DNA from: Bacillota bacterium
Lineage (GTDB): Bacteria > Bacillota > Limnochordia > Darwinibacteriales > DTU012
NCBI GenBank assembly: GCA_012837335.1
Contig: DURM01000058.1
Span: forward strand, 8,279 to 72,278
Length of the DNA: 64,000 bases
Direction of reading: 5' to 3'
The notes below the pieces were generated by a model. It was not told where the DNA came from, made no database searches, and saw only the letters and a list, made by a program, of their open reading frames with translations. Positions 47,504-56,902 of this stretch are shown here, in pieces (position 1 is the stretch's first letter; each line of letters begins with the position of its first letter). The position numbers were made by a program, and so were the translations under genes.

Positions 47504-49248
47504 CGTCGGAAGGAGCAGAACGAGTGAAATGCAGGATTAAGATCCATCTCGATGGGAGAACAGAAACGGTCCATTGTGAATCCGGTGCTGTTCTCCTCGA
47601 AGTTCTCTATCAGAATGGTTACAATATCTATGGTCCCTGCGGCGGCAGAGGAAGCTGCGGCAAGTGTCTGGTGAAAATAATCGGAGCTCAATCAGATTCA
47701 AAGCTGCGGCTTGCATGCAGAACCGAGGTTACCGGCGATTTAGAGCTGGAGTTAATTCCCCAGCAAGAGCTGAAGATCTTAGCAGAGGATAGGGGGCAGG
47801 ACTTCCGGGTTGATCCTTATATTAAACTGGAGACCATTTATTTAGCTCCCCCACAAATTGATGATCAGCGAGATTACCTCAGCCGGATTAACTCCATGTT
47901 AGGAACAAGAACAGCTGTTCCTTCGGCTCTCAGGAGCCTGTCAGCCCTAGAACAGCAAACTGACTTATCCGTTGTAACTGCTGGCGATAAAATCATCGAT
48001 ATATGTTCAGCAAAAACCCCCCCTCCAGCTTATGGAATTGCGGTGGATATCGGTACCACCACGCTAGTCATGTATTTAATTGATTTGGTAAGCGGTGAGG
48101 AGGTGGGCGTCTATGCCTGCGCCAATCCCCAAAGCCGCTTTGGCGGTGATGTGATCACCCGGATTGATCATGCGATTAATCAGCCGCATGGAACCGCCAA
48201 GTTAGCAGATGCGCTGGTCAATGCCCTGAATACCGGGATTTCCCAGCTTTGTGATCAGCACAGCCTCACTCGGGAGCAGATTTATCATGCTGTTTTGGTT
48301 GGGAATACGGTGATGCTCCATACGCTTTTGGGAGTAAACCCCGGCAGCATTGCCCACGCTCCCTATGTTCCGTTCTTTACCGATGCTCTGGAGTTAGCAG
48401 CAAAAGATTTGAATCTAGCGATGAATCCAGATGGTATCGTAGAGCTCCTTCCGGCCGTGTCGAGCTATGTCGGCGCTGACATTATCGCGGATCTGCTGGT
48501 GACTGATTTTAACTGCGATGGATGGAAGCTCTTGGTGGACATCGGAACCAATGGCGAAATTGTCCTGGGCAACAAGGATCAGATATTTGCTTGCTCGGCG
48601 GCGGCAGGTCCGGCTTTTGAAGGTGCGCGAATTGCCTTCGGCATGAGTGGAATGCCTGGAGCTGTAGCTTCCTATCGGATCACTAACCAGAATCAGATTG
48701 AGTACGAGACTATCGGCGGAAGAGAGCCGGTCGGTATCTGCGGCTCGGGCTTGGTGGATATTATCGCGGCGCTGTACACAAACGGATGGCTGACCCCTAC
48801 CGGAGCTTTCGAGAATAGGGAAGAGCTGGTTGAATACCGCGAGCAGCCCGCATACCAAATTATTCCCAACTATGATATTTTCCTGACCCAAAGGGATGTG
48901 CGGGAGTATCAGCTGGCAGCCGGTGCGGTTGCGGCAGGAATCAGGATCCTGATTCAAGAGTCCGGGATTGAATTGGCAGATGTCGACAGGGTTTATCTGG
49001 CGGGTGGTTTTGGCAACTACATCAATCCTGAAAGCGCTGCCGCCCTTGGCTTGATTCCGAAAGAGCTGCTAGCGCGGGTGGAGAAGATTGGCAATGGTGC
49101 TGGTGCGGGAGCTAAGCGCTGGCTGCTGGACCGCAGTGCTAAAGCGGAAGCATTAGAGCTCAAGCGGCGGATCAAATACATCGAATTGTCGGCACGGGCT
49201 GATTTCCAGGAATACTTTACCGATGCCATGTTCTTTCCCGATTATTAA
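47500..49248 (+). CDS. RACo-type reductive activator of corrinoid proteins (2Fe-2S ferredoxin domain + ASKHA ATPase, DUF4445)
   Basis: 582 aa. N-terminal plant-type ferredoxin CGGRGSCGKC...C. ASKHA phosphate motifs AVDIGTTT and LVDIGTNGE. Confidence 0.75.
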   Translation: MTSEGAERVKCRIKIHLDGRTETVHCESGAVLLEVLYQNGYNIYGPCGGRGSCGKCLVKIIGAQSDSKLRLACRTEVTGDLELELIPQQELKILAEDRGQDFRVDPYIKLETIYLAPPQIDDQRDYLSRINSMLGTRTAVPSALRSLSALEQQTDLSVVTAGDKIIDICSAKTPPPAYGIAVDIGTTTLVMYLIDLVSGEEVGVYACANPQSRFGGDVITRIDHAINQPHGTAKLADALVNALNTGISQLCDQHSLTREQIYHAVLVGNTVMLHTLLGVNPGSIAHAPYVPFFTDALELAAKDLNLAMNPDGIVELLPAVSSYVGADIIADLLVTDFNCDGWKLLVDIGTNGEIVLGNKDQIFACSAAAGPAFEGARIAFGMSGMPGAVASYRITNQNQIEYETIGGREPVGICGSGLVDIIAALYTNGWLTPTGAFENREELVEYREQPAYQIIPNYDIFLTQRDVREYQLAAGAVAAGIRILIQESGIELADVDRVYLAGGFGNYINPESAAALGLIPKELLARVEKIGNGAGAGAKRWLLDRSAKAEALELKRRIKYIELSARADFQEYFTDAMFFPDY

Positions 49249-49286
49249 TGGTGAATAATTCCTCTAAGTTTATCTCATATTTTGAG

Positions 49287-49315
49287 TTGATTTTACAAAT
49301 TCAATTTGCTATACT
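49287..49315 (+). promoter_or_regulatory. Sigma-A-type promoter of tRNA-Gln
   Basis: TTGATT - 17 nt - TATACT, 14 nt before the tRNA 5' end. Confidence 0.55.
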
Positions 49316-49329
49316 TTATATGTAGATAT

Positions 49330-49404
49330 TGGGGTGTGGCCAAGTGGTCAAGGCACCGGACTCTGACTCCGGGATCCCTGGTTCGAATCCAGGCACCCCT
49401 GCCT
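49330..49404 (+). tRNA. tRNA-Gln (anticodon CUG)
   Basis: Cloverleaf: acceptor TGGGGTG, D-arm GCC-AAGTGGTCAA-GGC, anticodon stem CCGGA/TCCGG with loop CT-CTG-AC, T-arm CCTGG-TTCGAAT-CCAGG. Closely resembles bacterial tRNA-Gln. CCA is not encoded (GCC then T). Confidence 0.8.
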
Positions 49405-49412
49405 TTTCTTTT

Positions 49413-49442
49413 TCTCACCTCAGCATTGAGGGAGTTTTTTTA
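49413..49442 (+). terminator. Rho-independent terminator after tRNA-Gln
   Basis: CTC(A)CCTCA-GCAT-TGAGGGAG followed by TTTTTTT. Confidence 0.65.
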
Positions 49443-49616
49443 TTTTATTCACCCTTGTGTATTCAATTTACATATAATGGTGAAGTAGGTGCAAAAAAGT
49501 CACAAAAGACTGTCAAAATAAAATAAGCGGCAAATCATAAATTTGGCAGGGAAACGACTTTACAGTACCGAATGCAGTCATGTTTGGTGAAATTTTGGAT
49601 GACGAGGGGGAGAACA

Positions 49617-50975
49617 TTGCTCACAAGCGCGATCATATTGGCCGCAGGGCAGGGTCAGCGGATGAAATCAGATCTTCCCAAACCACTGCATAAAGTCTGC
49701 GGAGTCCCGATGGTGAAGTTGATCGTTGATAATGTCTGTGCTGCCGGGTTTGATCGAGTTTACTTGGTGGTTGGACACGCGGGTGAACAGGTACGCCAGG
49801 CAGTTCCGGATATCGAATATGTGGTTCAGGAAGAGCAATTGGGTACCGGACACGCTGTTGATCAGTGCCGTCAGGTCCTGACAGATTTTGATGGTCCAGT
49901 GTTAGTTACCTACGCGGACACACCTCTGTTCCGCGCTGAAACATTCAAAGCAATTCTAGATTTTCATCAAAAGCAGCGGGCTGCTGCGACAGTTATTACA
50001 GCTGAATTTGCAGATCCGACAGGTTATGGACGAGTAATCAGGGATGATCAGGGGTATATCGAGCGGATTGTTGAGGATAAAGATGCCTCTGAAGCTGAAC
50101 AGCAAATCAAAGAGATCAATACCGGAACATACTGCTTTGACAGTAAGCTGCTGTTCAAATATTTAGCCGAAATCACGCCCGATAATGCCCAGGCAGAGTA
50201 CTATCTGCCGGACGTAATACCACTGATGATCCGTGATGGACATACAGCTGCTGCGTATCTGCTCGAGGATCCGGAAGAATCAATTGGTGTAAATGACCGG
50301 GTTCAGCTTGCACAAGCGGATCGGATTCTGAGAGAGCGGATCTGTCGGGAGCATATGCTGAACGGGGTTACAATTATTAATCCGGAGCAGACCTATATCG
50401 AGCCGAATTGTGAAATCGGACGCGATACGGTGATTTATCCAAACACTTATCTGCAGCGGGGCACTAAAATCGGCAACAGCTGCCTAGTTGGTCCCAATGT
50501 ACGTTTAGATGCGGCAGAACTTGGAGATCATGTTACTATAGAACAATCGATAGTGCTTGAAAGCAGTATCGGCAGTGAGACAACAGTAGGGCCTTTTGCC
50601 TACATTCGTCCCGGCACTGCCATCGGTTCCAAATGCAGAATTGGAGACTTTGTGGAAGTTAAGAACAGTCAAGTTGCGGATCAAAGTAAAATCCCCCATT
50701 TATCCTATGTTGGCGATGCAGTTGTAGGCTCAAAGGTGAACATCGGCTGCGGAGTAATCACCGCTAATTATGATGGCAAGCACAAGCATCAAACTGTTAT
50801 TGAAGACAGTAGTTTTATTGGCTGCAATTCAAATTTGGTGGCTCCGGTTAAGGTCCACCGAGGAGCGTTTGTTGCTGCCGGATCAACCATAACTAAGGAT
50901 GTGCCGGCCGAAAGCCTGGCAATTGGAAGAGCGCGACAGGTTAATAAAGAGGGATGGAATAAGACGGAGGGCTAG
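49617..50975 (+). CDS. glmU: Bifunctional UDP-N-acetylglucosamine pyrophosphorylase / glucosamine-1-phosphate N-acetyltransferase
   Basis: ..SAIILAAGQGQRMKS..PKPLH.. N-terminal nucleotidyltransferase and C-terminal left-handed beta-helix hexapeptide repeats. TTG at 49617 has a GAGGGGGA SD; the ORF-track start at 49572 adds 15 non-conserved residues. Confidence 0.88.
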   Translation: MLTSAIILAAGQGQRMKSDLPKPLHKVCGVPMVKLIVDNVCAAGFDRVYLVVGHAGEQVRQAVPDIEYVVQEEQLGTGHAVDQCRQVLTDFDGPVLVTYADTPLFRAETFKAILDFHQKQRAAATVITAEFADPTGYGRVIRDDQGYIERIVEDKDASEAEQQIKEINTGTYCFDSKLLFKYLAEITPDNAQAEYYLPDVIPLMIRDGHTAAAYLLEDPEESIGVNDRVQLAQADRILRERICREHMLNGVTIINPEQTYIEPNCEIGRDTVIYPNTYLQRGTKIGNSCLVGPNVRLDAAELGDHVTIEQSIVLESSIGSETTVGPFAYIRPGTAIGSKCRIGDFVEVKNSQVADQSKIPHLSYVGDAVVGSKVNIGCGVITANYDGKHKHQTVIEDSSFIGCNSNLVAPVKVHRGAFVAAGSTITKDVPAESLAIGRARQVNKEGWNKTEG

Positions 50976-50978
50976 CAA

Positions 50979-51932
50979 GTGATAGTTAATGCGTATGATA
51001 AAAAATTAAAGATTTTTACTGGAAACGCTAATCCTAAGTTAGCGGCAAGTATTGCTGCGCACCTGGGAGAATCATTGGGTCAAGCTGAAGTGGGCCGTTT
51101 TAAAGATGGTGAGATCAGCATTAAGATCCATGAAACTGTGCGCGGCTATGAAGTTTATATCATTCAGCCGACCCATAAGCCGACGGCTGAAAACCTGATG
51201 GAACTGCTGCTGTTAATCGATGCCATGAAGCGGGCATCAGCCAAGATGATTGCAGCAGTAATTCCTTATTACGGGTATGCCCGCCAAGATCGGAAAACCC
51301 AACCCCGGGATTCCATTGGCGCTAAGCTGGTAGCTAATCTTTTATATGCTGCCGGTGCAGACAGAGTAGTCACCATGGACCTCCATGCCGATCAAATTCA
51401 AGGCTTTTTTGACATCCCTGTAGACAATCTGCGGGCGCTGCCGATTATTGAAGACTACTTAAAATCAAAACAGCTTGACAATTACATGGTTGTAGCACCC
51501 GATGTGGGCGGAGTTGTGCGGGCTAGAAAGCTAGCCAATCGCCTCAACTGCTCCATAGCCATTGTGGACAAGCGTCGGCCTGCGGCCAATGTATCGGAAG
51601 TAATGAACATTATCGGCAGTGTCGAAGGCAAAACCTGCGTTTTATTTGATGATATGATTGACACAGGCGGAACAATTGTCAACGCTGCGGCAGCTCTGAT
51701 GGAAAATGGCGCCACAGAAGTCTATGCGTGCGCTACCCACGCAGTATTTTCTGGACAAGCACCGGAGAAACTGCAGGAGAGCCCTCTCAAAGAGGTCATT
51801 GTAACCGATACAATTAACATCCCCGAAGATCGGATGTTCCCGAAACTGAAAGTGCTATCGGTTGCAGACCTCTTCGCACAGGCGATCAGACGCATCTTTG
51901 AAGAACAGCCTGTAAGCAAGCTGTTTGACTAA
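50979..51932 (+). CDS. prs: Ribose-phosphate pyrophosphokinase
   Basis: 317 aa. ..KIFTGNANPKLA.., PRPP-binding ..VLFDDMIDTGGT... GTG start. Confidence 0.9.
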   Translation: MIVNAYDKKLKIFTGNANPKLAASIAAHLGESLGQAEVGRFKDGEISIKIHETVRGYEVYIIQPTHKPTAENLMELLLLIDAMKRASAKMIAAVIPYYGYARQDRKTQPRDSIGAKLVANLLYAAGADRVVTMDLHADQIQGFFDIPVDNLRALPIIEDYLKSKQLDNYMVVAPDVGGVVRARKLANRLNCSIAIVDKRRPAANVSEVMNIIGSVEGKTCVLFDDMIDTGGTIVNAAAALMENGATEVYACATHAVFSGQAPEKLQESPLKEVIVTDTINIPEDRMFPKLKVLSVADLFAQAIRRIFEEQPVSKLFD

Positions 51933-51989
51933 CTTTTAACAACGATGCTATAATAGACCAATGAGTGGTGAGTGAAAGGAGGAAACAAA

Positions 51990-52616
51990 ATGGCAAATTA
52001 CCAACTTGCAGCGGAAGTACGCACCGCTTTTGGTACCAATGCTGTCAAGAAACTTCGTCGCGAAAAATTAGTTCCCGGTAATGTGTATGGACGCAATAAT
52101 GACAATGTCCATTTGTTAGTTGCAGAGCGGGAATTGGAAAAGGCCATTCAATCCGGAGAACCTCTGATTGACTTAGCTGTTGGTGGCGAGAAAAAGATTG
52201 TTTTGATTAAAGACCTGCAGCGTGATTTTGTCAGAGGCACCATCGACCATGTCGATTTCTATGAAGTTTCTATGGACAAACCTGTGGATACTACCGTATT
52301 TGTGGTACTTACAGGCGAGGAAGAACGGGAATCCGATGGCGGCTTAGTCAACTTAGTTATGAGAGAACTGAACATTTCTTGTCTGCCAATGGATATTCCG
52401 GAGAACATTACTATTGATGTATCGCAGATGGTAATCGGTGATACCATAACTGTCAGCGATCTTGATCTTGGCGGCAAAATTACTGTCAACCAGGATCCGG
52501 ACGAAGTAATTGTCACAGTTGCTGCTCCGACTAAAGTTGAAGAGTCCGCAGAAGATGAAGAAGCCGAAGTTGAAGCTGCAGAAGAAGCAGAAGCAGAAGC
52601 TGAAGCAGAAGAATAA
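51990..52616 (+). CDS. ctc: Ribosomal protein L25 / general stress protein Ctc with acidic low-complexity C-terminal tail
   Basis: L25/Ctc beta-barrel N-terminal region. C-terminal ..EESAEDEEAEVEAAEEAEAEAEAEE. The ATG at 51990 has an AAAGGAGG SD. Confidence 0.85.
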   Translation: MANYQLAAEVRTAFGTNAVKKLRREKLVPGNVYGRNNDNVHLLVAERELEKAIQSGEPLIDLAVGGEKKIVLIKDLQRDFVRGTIDHVDFYEVSMDKPVDTTVFVVLTGEEERESDGGLVNLVMRELNISCLPMDIPENITIDVSQMVIGDTITVSDLDLGGKITVNQDPDEVIVTVAAPTKVEESAEDEEAEVEAAEEAEAEAEAEE

Positions 52617-52647
52617 TCATATACTAGAATTAAATGCAGAAACAGAA

Positions 52648-52680
52648 GTGAAGGAATGCACGCTATGTGCGTTCCTTCAC
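52648..52680 (+). other. 14-bp GC-rich hairpin immediately upstream of the pth SD (possible terminator/attenuator or RNA processing structure)
   Basis: GTGAAGGAATGCAC-GCTAT-GTGCGTTCCTTCAC (one G-U pair). No clear U-tract follows. Confidence 0.4.
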
Positions 52681-52699
52681 TGTTCTGGAGGATTTTAAA

Positions 52700-53269
52700 G
52701 TGAAAATAATTGTAGGATTAGGCAATCCGGGTAAAAAATATGAGCAGACCAGACATAATGCTGGTTTTTGGGTTATAGACGAACTTGCCCGCAGGATGAG
52801 CGTTAGCCTGAATAGCAAGAAATTTCACTCAATTATTGCGGAAGGGCATTATTTGGACGAAAAAGTAATTTTAGTCAAGCCCCAGACCTTTATGAATCTC
52901 AGCGGCACAGCGGTACAAGCGATTGTGAGGTACTGGCCGATTGATTTATCTGATCTGCTGGTGATTTATGACGATCTGGACCTAGAACCTTACCGGATCC
53001 GGATGAGAGCAGAAGGCAGCAGCGGCGGGCACAAAGGAATGCAGAGCATTATCAATCAGCTGCAGAGCCAAGCCTTTCCTCGTCTGAAAATCGGGATCGG
53101 CAGACCGGAGGGTCCAATGTCTGTACCTGATTATGTGCTGGCAAAAATTTCTGATGAAGAAATGCGCACCTATCAAGATGTAGTTGCCCGGTGTGCTGAT
53201 GCTGTGGAAGTATGGATCAGCTCCGGTATTGAGCAGGCCATGAATCAATATAATAGTAGCAGGAAATGA
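52700..53269 (+). CDS. pth: Peptidyl-tRNA hydrolase
   Basis: ..KIIVGLGNPGKKYEQTRHNAGF.. GTG at 52700 with GGAGG SD. The ORF-track start at 52667 adds 11 residues. Confidence 0.88.
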   Translation: MKIIVGLGNPGKKYEQTRHNAGFWVIDELARRMSVSLNSKKFHSIIAEGHYLDEKVILVKPQTFMNLSGTAVQAIVRYWPIDLSDLLVIYDDLDLEPYRIRMRAEGSSGGHKGMQSIINQLQSQAFPRLKIGIGRPEGPMSVPDYVLAKISDEEMRTYQDVVARCADAVEVWISSGIEQAMNQYNSSRK

Positions 53270-53297
53270 TGACTAATTTGAAAGTTGGCTTTGGCGA

Positions 53298-56200
53298 TTG
53301 GAGGATAAGAAGTTGTCGTTACATGGATTAGTAGATTTGGTCAGCCGGTCGCGGGAGTTTCAAGCAATTCGCGAGAAAACTGCCAAAGGCGAGAAACAGC
53401 TGATCTTAGGATTATCCGGTTCTCAGCGCAGCCTGCTTACGGCTGTTGTGGCAGACCCTCAGGCTGTGACGCTGTTTATTGGCTATAATCAACAGCAGGC
53501 AGAAACAATCGCGCAGGATTTGCAAAATTTACTGCCAAATCGCACTGTTCTGGTATTTAATCCCAATGAGCTGCTGCCCCATGAGGAAGCAGTGATCGAT
53601 TGGGAGCTGCGCAAAAGCCGGCTGGATGTGCTGAAACAGATCCGTGAGCCTGGCAGTATCATCTGTGTTTCAATCCAAGCTTTAACTGAGGCGCTGATTG
53701 AACCAGATTATTTCTATCAGCATCAGCTGACAATCGATCTCGATACCCGCGTCAATTTGAATCAACTTCCGGCTGATCTGGTTAGGCTGGGTTATGAGCG
53801 CGTAGATATGGTTGAAAGTTACGGACAGTTCAGTATTCGCGGCGGAATAATTGATATTTATCCTTTTACAGATGAACATCCAGTGCGGATAGAGCTGTTT
53901 GATGATGAAGTCGACTCGATTCGAACATTTAGGATCGATGACCAGCTTTCTATAGAAAAAGTTGACCAGGTTACTATCTTTCCGGCGCGGGATCGACTGT
54001 ATGTGGATCTTGACTTTGAACAGGTTAGAGATGATATCTGGCAGGATGCTAAGCGCCAGAGCGCAAAGTTGTTGAAAATCGAGAACGAGGAAGCAGCGGA
54101 TAAACTGCTTGCAAAAACCGCGGCAAATCTGGAATTGTTGGAAAATAAGACCTATTTTTCGGGCATTGATCAATATCTTCCTTACTTTTCAAAAGCATAT
54201 ACTCTCCTAGATTATCTGCCGAAGCAGAGTTTAATTATTGTCAGTGAACCAGCGCGGGTCAAAGAGCACCACAAGCTGTATCTGCAGGATATCGGCGATA
54301 CCATCTCCGGTTTATTGACCAGCGGCAGAGTGCTGCCGAAAATGGCTGACGTTTTTATCAAGTGGGAAGAGCTGTGGCATTCTATCAGCACCCACGCCCA
54401 TTCTCTCTACCTGTCTGTTTTGGATAAGCGCATCCCCGAAATGGGCACTCCTTCAGCGCATCAGATGAAGATCAAATCTCCGGAACACTACCAGAAAGAT
54501 CTCGACGGCTTTGTTAAAAAAATCCAGCAGTGCCGCAAGCAGCACTACCGGATTCTCATAGTGGTGTCCACTGCGGAGCGGGGACGCAAGCTGGTGGAGT
54601 TTTTAAAAGACAGTGATATTCCTGCTCAATATACTGACAGCATCGAGGATAAACTCAAAGTCGGGAACTGTATCGTTACTGCCGGCAGCCTCGAGACCGG
54701 CATGGACTACTCGGGTTTTAAGCTTTTAATCATTACTGAGCTGGAAATCTACGGCAGACAGAGAGCGAAGCGGCGGGTAAACCGCACCGATACCCAAGTT
54801 CGGCTTACCGAGTCGGATCTGAAAGCTGGCGATTATGTTGTTCATATCAATCACGGGATCGGGCAGTATTTAGGGATTGAAACCCTCGAAGTTCAGAATA
54901 CCAGCAAGGACTACCTTTTGATCAGATTTGCCGGCAAAGACCGCCTCTATGTGCCGACCGATCAAATTGGACTGCTCCAGCGCTATGTGGGATTAAACGA
55001 TGCGGCGCCGAAGCTGTCTAAGCTGGGAGGCGCTGAGTGGGCTCGTGTTAAGAAGCGGGTAAAAGAATCGGTTCAGGATTTAGCTGAAGGTTTAATCAAG
55101 TTATATGCTGAGCGGGAAGCCACTGAAGGTTTTCAATTTCCTGAGGATACGCCTTGGCAGGCTGAGTTTGAAGAAGCATTTCCGTATGAGGAAACACCGG
55201 ACCAAATCCGCGCCATAGAAGAAGTAAAGCGGGATATGGAAAAAACTCGGCCGATGGACCGCCTTCTCTGCGGCGATGTTGGGTACGGTAAAACTGAAGT
55301 GGCCATTCGGGCTGCGTTTAAAGCTGTCAATGCCGGTAAGCAGACCGCTGTGCTGGTGCCCACCACAATTCTTGCTCAGCAGCATTACCGCACATTTACA
55401 GAGCGGTTTGAAGATTATCCGGTAAACATCGGCGTTTTGTCCCGGTTCCAGTCGGCTGCAGAGCAAAAGCAGGTGGTTAAAGGCCTGAAAGACGGTACTG
55501 TCGATATCGTCATCGGCACTCACCGGCTGCTGTCCAAGGATATTGTTTACCATGATTTAGGACTGGTTATAATTGATGAAGAGCAGCGGTTTGGAGTAGC
55601 CCAAAAAGAAAGACTCAAAGAAATCTCCAAAAATGTGGATGTGCTGACTCTGTCGGCTACGCCAATACCACGCACCCTGCACATGTCACTTGTGGGAGTG
55701 CGGGATATGAGCTTGATCGAAACCCCTCCAGAAGATCGCTTCCCAATCCGCACTTATGTGATGGAATGGGATGACCAAACGATTGCTCAGGCGATTAATC
55801 GTGAATTAGCGCGGCAGGGACAGGTCTACTTTGTCTACAACAGGGTTCGCGGCATAGATGCTATGTACCAGCGCCTGCAGAATTTGGTTCCTGAGGCGAG
55901 AATTGCTGTTGCCCACGGGCAGATGGATGAAAACCGGCTGGAGCGAGTGATGCTCGACTTCTATAACCATGAATATGACATTCTTCTCTGCACAACTATC
56001 ATTGAAACCGGGATGGATATCAGCAATGTCAACACCCTTGTTATTTACGATGCGGACCATCTTGGCCTGGCCCAGCTGTATCAGCTGCGGGGCCGTGTTG
56101 GCCGGACAAATCGGGTAGCCTATGCGTATTTTACCTATCGGAAGGATAAAATACTAACAGAAGACGCTGAAAAACGCCTTCAAGCCATCAAGGAGTTTTC

Positions 56201-56813
56201 TGAGCTCGGATCAGGAATAAAAATAGCTATGCGGGATTTAGAAATCCGGGGAGCCGGTAATATTCTCGGGCCTGAGCAGCATGGGTTTATCACTTCGGTA
56301 GGATTCGAGCTTTACTGCAAGCTTCTAGAAGAAGCTATCCAAAAGCTCAAAGGCCATGTTGAGCAGGAGGTTCCCGATCCTGTACTCGACCTGCAGGTTG
56401 ACGCCTATATCGGGGATGAGTATGTGCCTGATCCCAAGCAGAAAGTAGAGCTGTATAAGAAGCTGGCTGCAGTGCGGACACTGGAAGATGCGGATGAACT
56501 GGAAGCCGAGATCGTGGATCGCTTTGGGGATCTTCCCGATGCGGTGCGAAACTTGGTCTTGGTGACCCGGATTAAGGTGCTGGCAAAGCGGGTAGGTATC
56601 GCCAGCATTTTCTGGGAGAAGAAGATGTTTGTAGTCCGCTCGCTGCCGGGTATTGTCAGAGCAAACGACAAATATACCAGCCTAGTGCGTCAGTTTAGAG
56701 GCCAAGTTGGTTATGTGCACAGCAGAAATCCCCAGATTAAGATCAAGACAGATGGACTATCGGATTATGAGGCTTTACTGCTCCTGCAGAAAGTGCTGCA
56801 GGCTTTGGAGTAA
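53298..56813 (+). CDS. mfd: Transcription-repair coupling factor Mfd
   Basis: 1171 aa. UvrB-homology N-terminal region, RNAP-interacting domain, DEAD/DEAH helicase motifs (GDVGYGKTEVA, DEEQRFG), TRG motif. Confidence 0.92.
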   Translation: MEDKKLSLHGLVDLVSRSREFQAIREKTAKGEKQLILGLSGSQRSLLTAVVADPQAVTLFIGYNQQQAETIAQDLQNLLPNRTVLVFNPNELLPHEEAVIDWELRKSRLDVLKQIREPGSIICVSIQALTEALIEPDYFYQHQLTIDLDTRVNLNQLPADLVRLGYERVDMVESYGQFSIRGGIIDIYPFTDEHPVRIELFDDEVDSIRTFRIDDQLSIEKVDQVTIFPARDRLYVDLDFEQVRDDIWQDAKRQSAKLLKIENEEAADKLLAKTAANLELLENKTYFSGIDQYLPYFSKAYTLLDYLPKQSLIIVSEPARVKEHHKLYLQDIGDTISGLLTSGRVLPKMADVFIKWEELWHSISTHAHSLYLSVLDKRIPEMGTPSAHQMKIKSPEHYQKDLDGFVKKIQQCRKQHYRILIVVSTAERGRKLVEFLKDSDIPAQYTDSIEDKLKVGNCIVTAGSLETGMDYSGFKLLIITELEIYGRQRAKRRVNRTDTQVRLTESDLKAGDYVVHINHGIGQYLGIETLEVQNTSKDYLLIRFAGKDRLYVPTDQIGLLQRYVGLNDAAPKLSKLGGAEWARVKKRVKESVQDLAEGLIKLYAEREATEGFQFPEDTPWQAEFEEAFPYEETPDQIRAIEEVKRDMEKTRPMDRLLCGDVGYGKTEVAIRAAFKAVNAGKQTAVLVPTTILAQQHYRTFTERFEDYPVNIGVLSRFQSAAEQKQVVKGLKDGTVDIVIGTHRLLSKDIVYHDLGLVIIDEEQRFGVAQKERLKEISKNVDVLTLSATPIPRTLHMSLVGVRDMSLIETPPEDRFPIRTYVMEWDDQTIAQAINRELARQGQVYFVYNRVRGIDAMYQRLQNLVPEARIAVAHGQMDENRLERVMLDFYNHEYDILLCTTIIETGMDISNVNTLVIYDADHLGLAQLYQLRGRVGRTNRVAYAYFTYRKDKILTEDAEKRLQAIKEFSELGSGIKIAMRDLEIRGAGNILGPEQHGFITSVGFELYCKLLEEAIQKLKGHVEQEVPDPVLDLQVDAYIGDEYVPDPKQKVELYKKLAAVRTLEDADELEAEIVDRFGDLPDAVRNLVLVTRIKVLAKRVGIASIFWEKKMFVVRSLPGIVRANDKYTSLVRQFRGQVGYVHSRNPQIKIKTDGLSDYEALLLLQKVLQALE

Positions 56814-56833
56814 ATACGTGTAGCTGGGAAAAA

Positions 56834-56864
56834 TGAATAAAAATAGTACGCTGGTTATATACTA
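56834..56864 (+). promoter_or_regulatory. Forespore sigma (SigG/SigF)-type promoter of spoVT
   Basis: TGAATA - 17 nt - ATATACTA matches the SigG/F consensus (TGAATA ... CATACTA). spoVT is SigG-dependent in B. subtilis. Confidence 0.5.
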
Positions 56865-56902
56865 ACAGTGAACTTACCCAACACGAAGGAGGGGCGTGGC
56901 TC

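Noticed and set aside
52540-52616. GAAGCAGAAGCAGAAGCTGAAGCAGAAGAA repeat resembling a short tandem DNA repeat
   Set aside because: It is in-frame coding sequence for the acidic (EA)n tail of Ctc/L25, not a CRISPR or VNTR locus.
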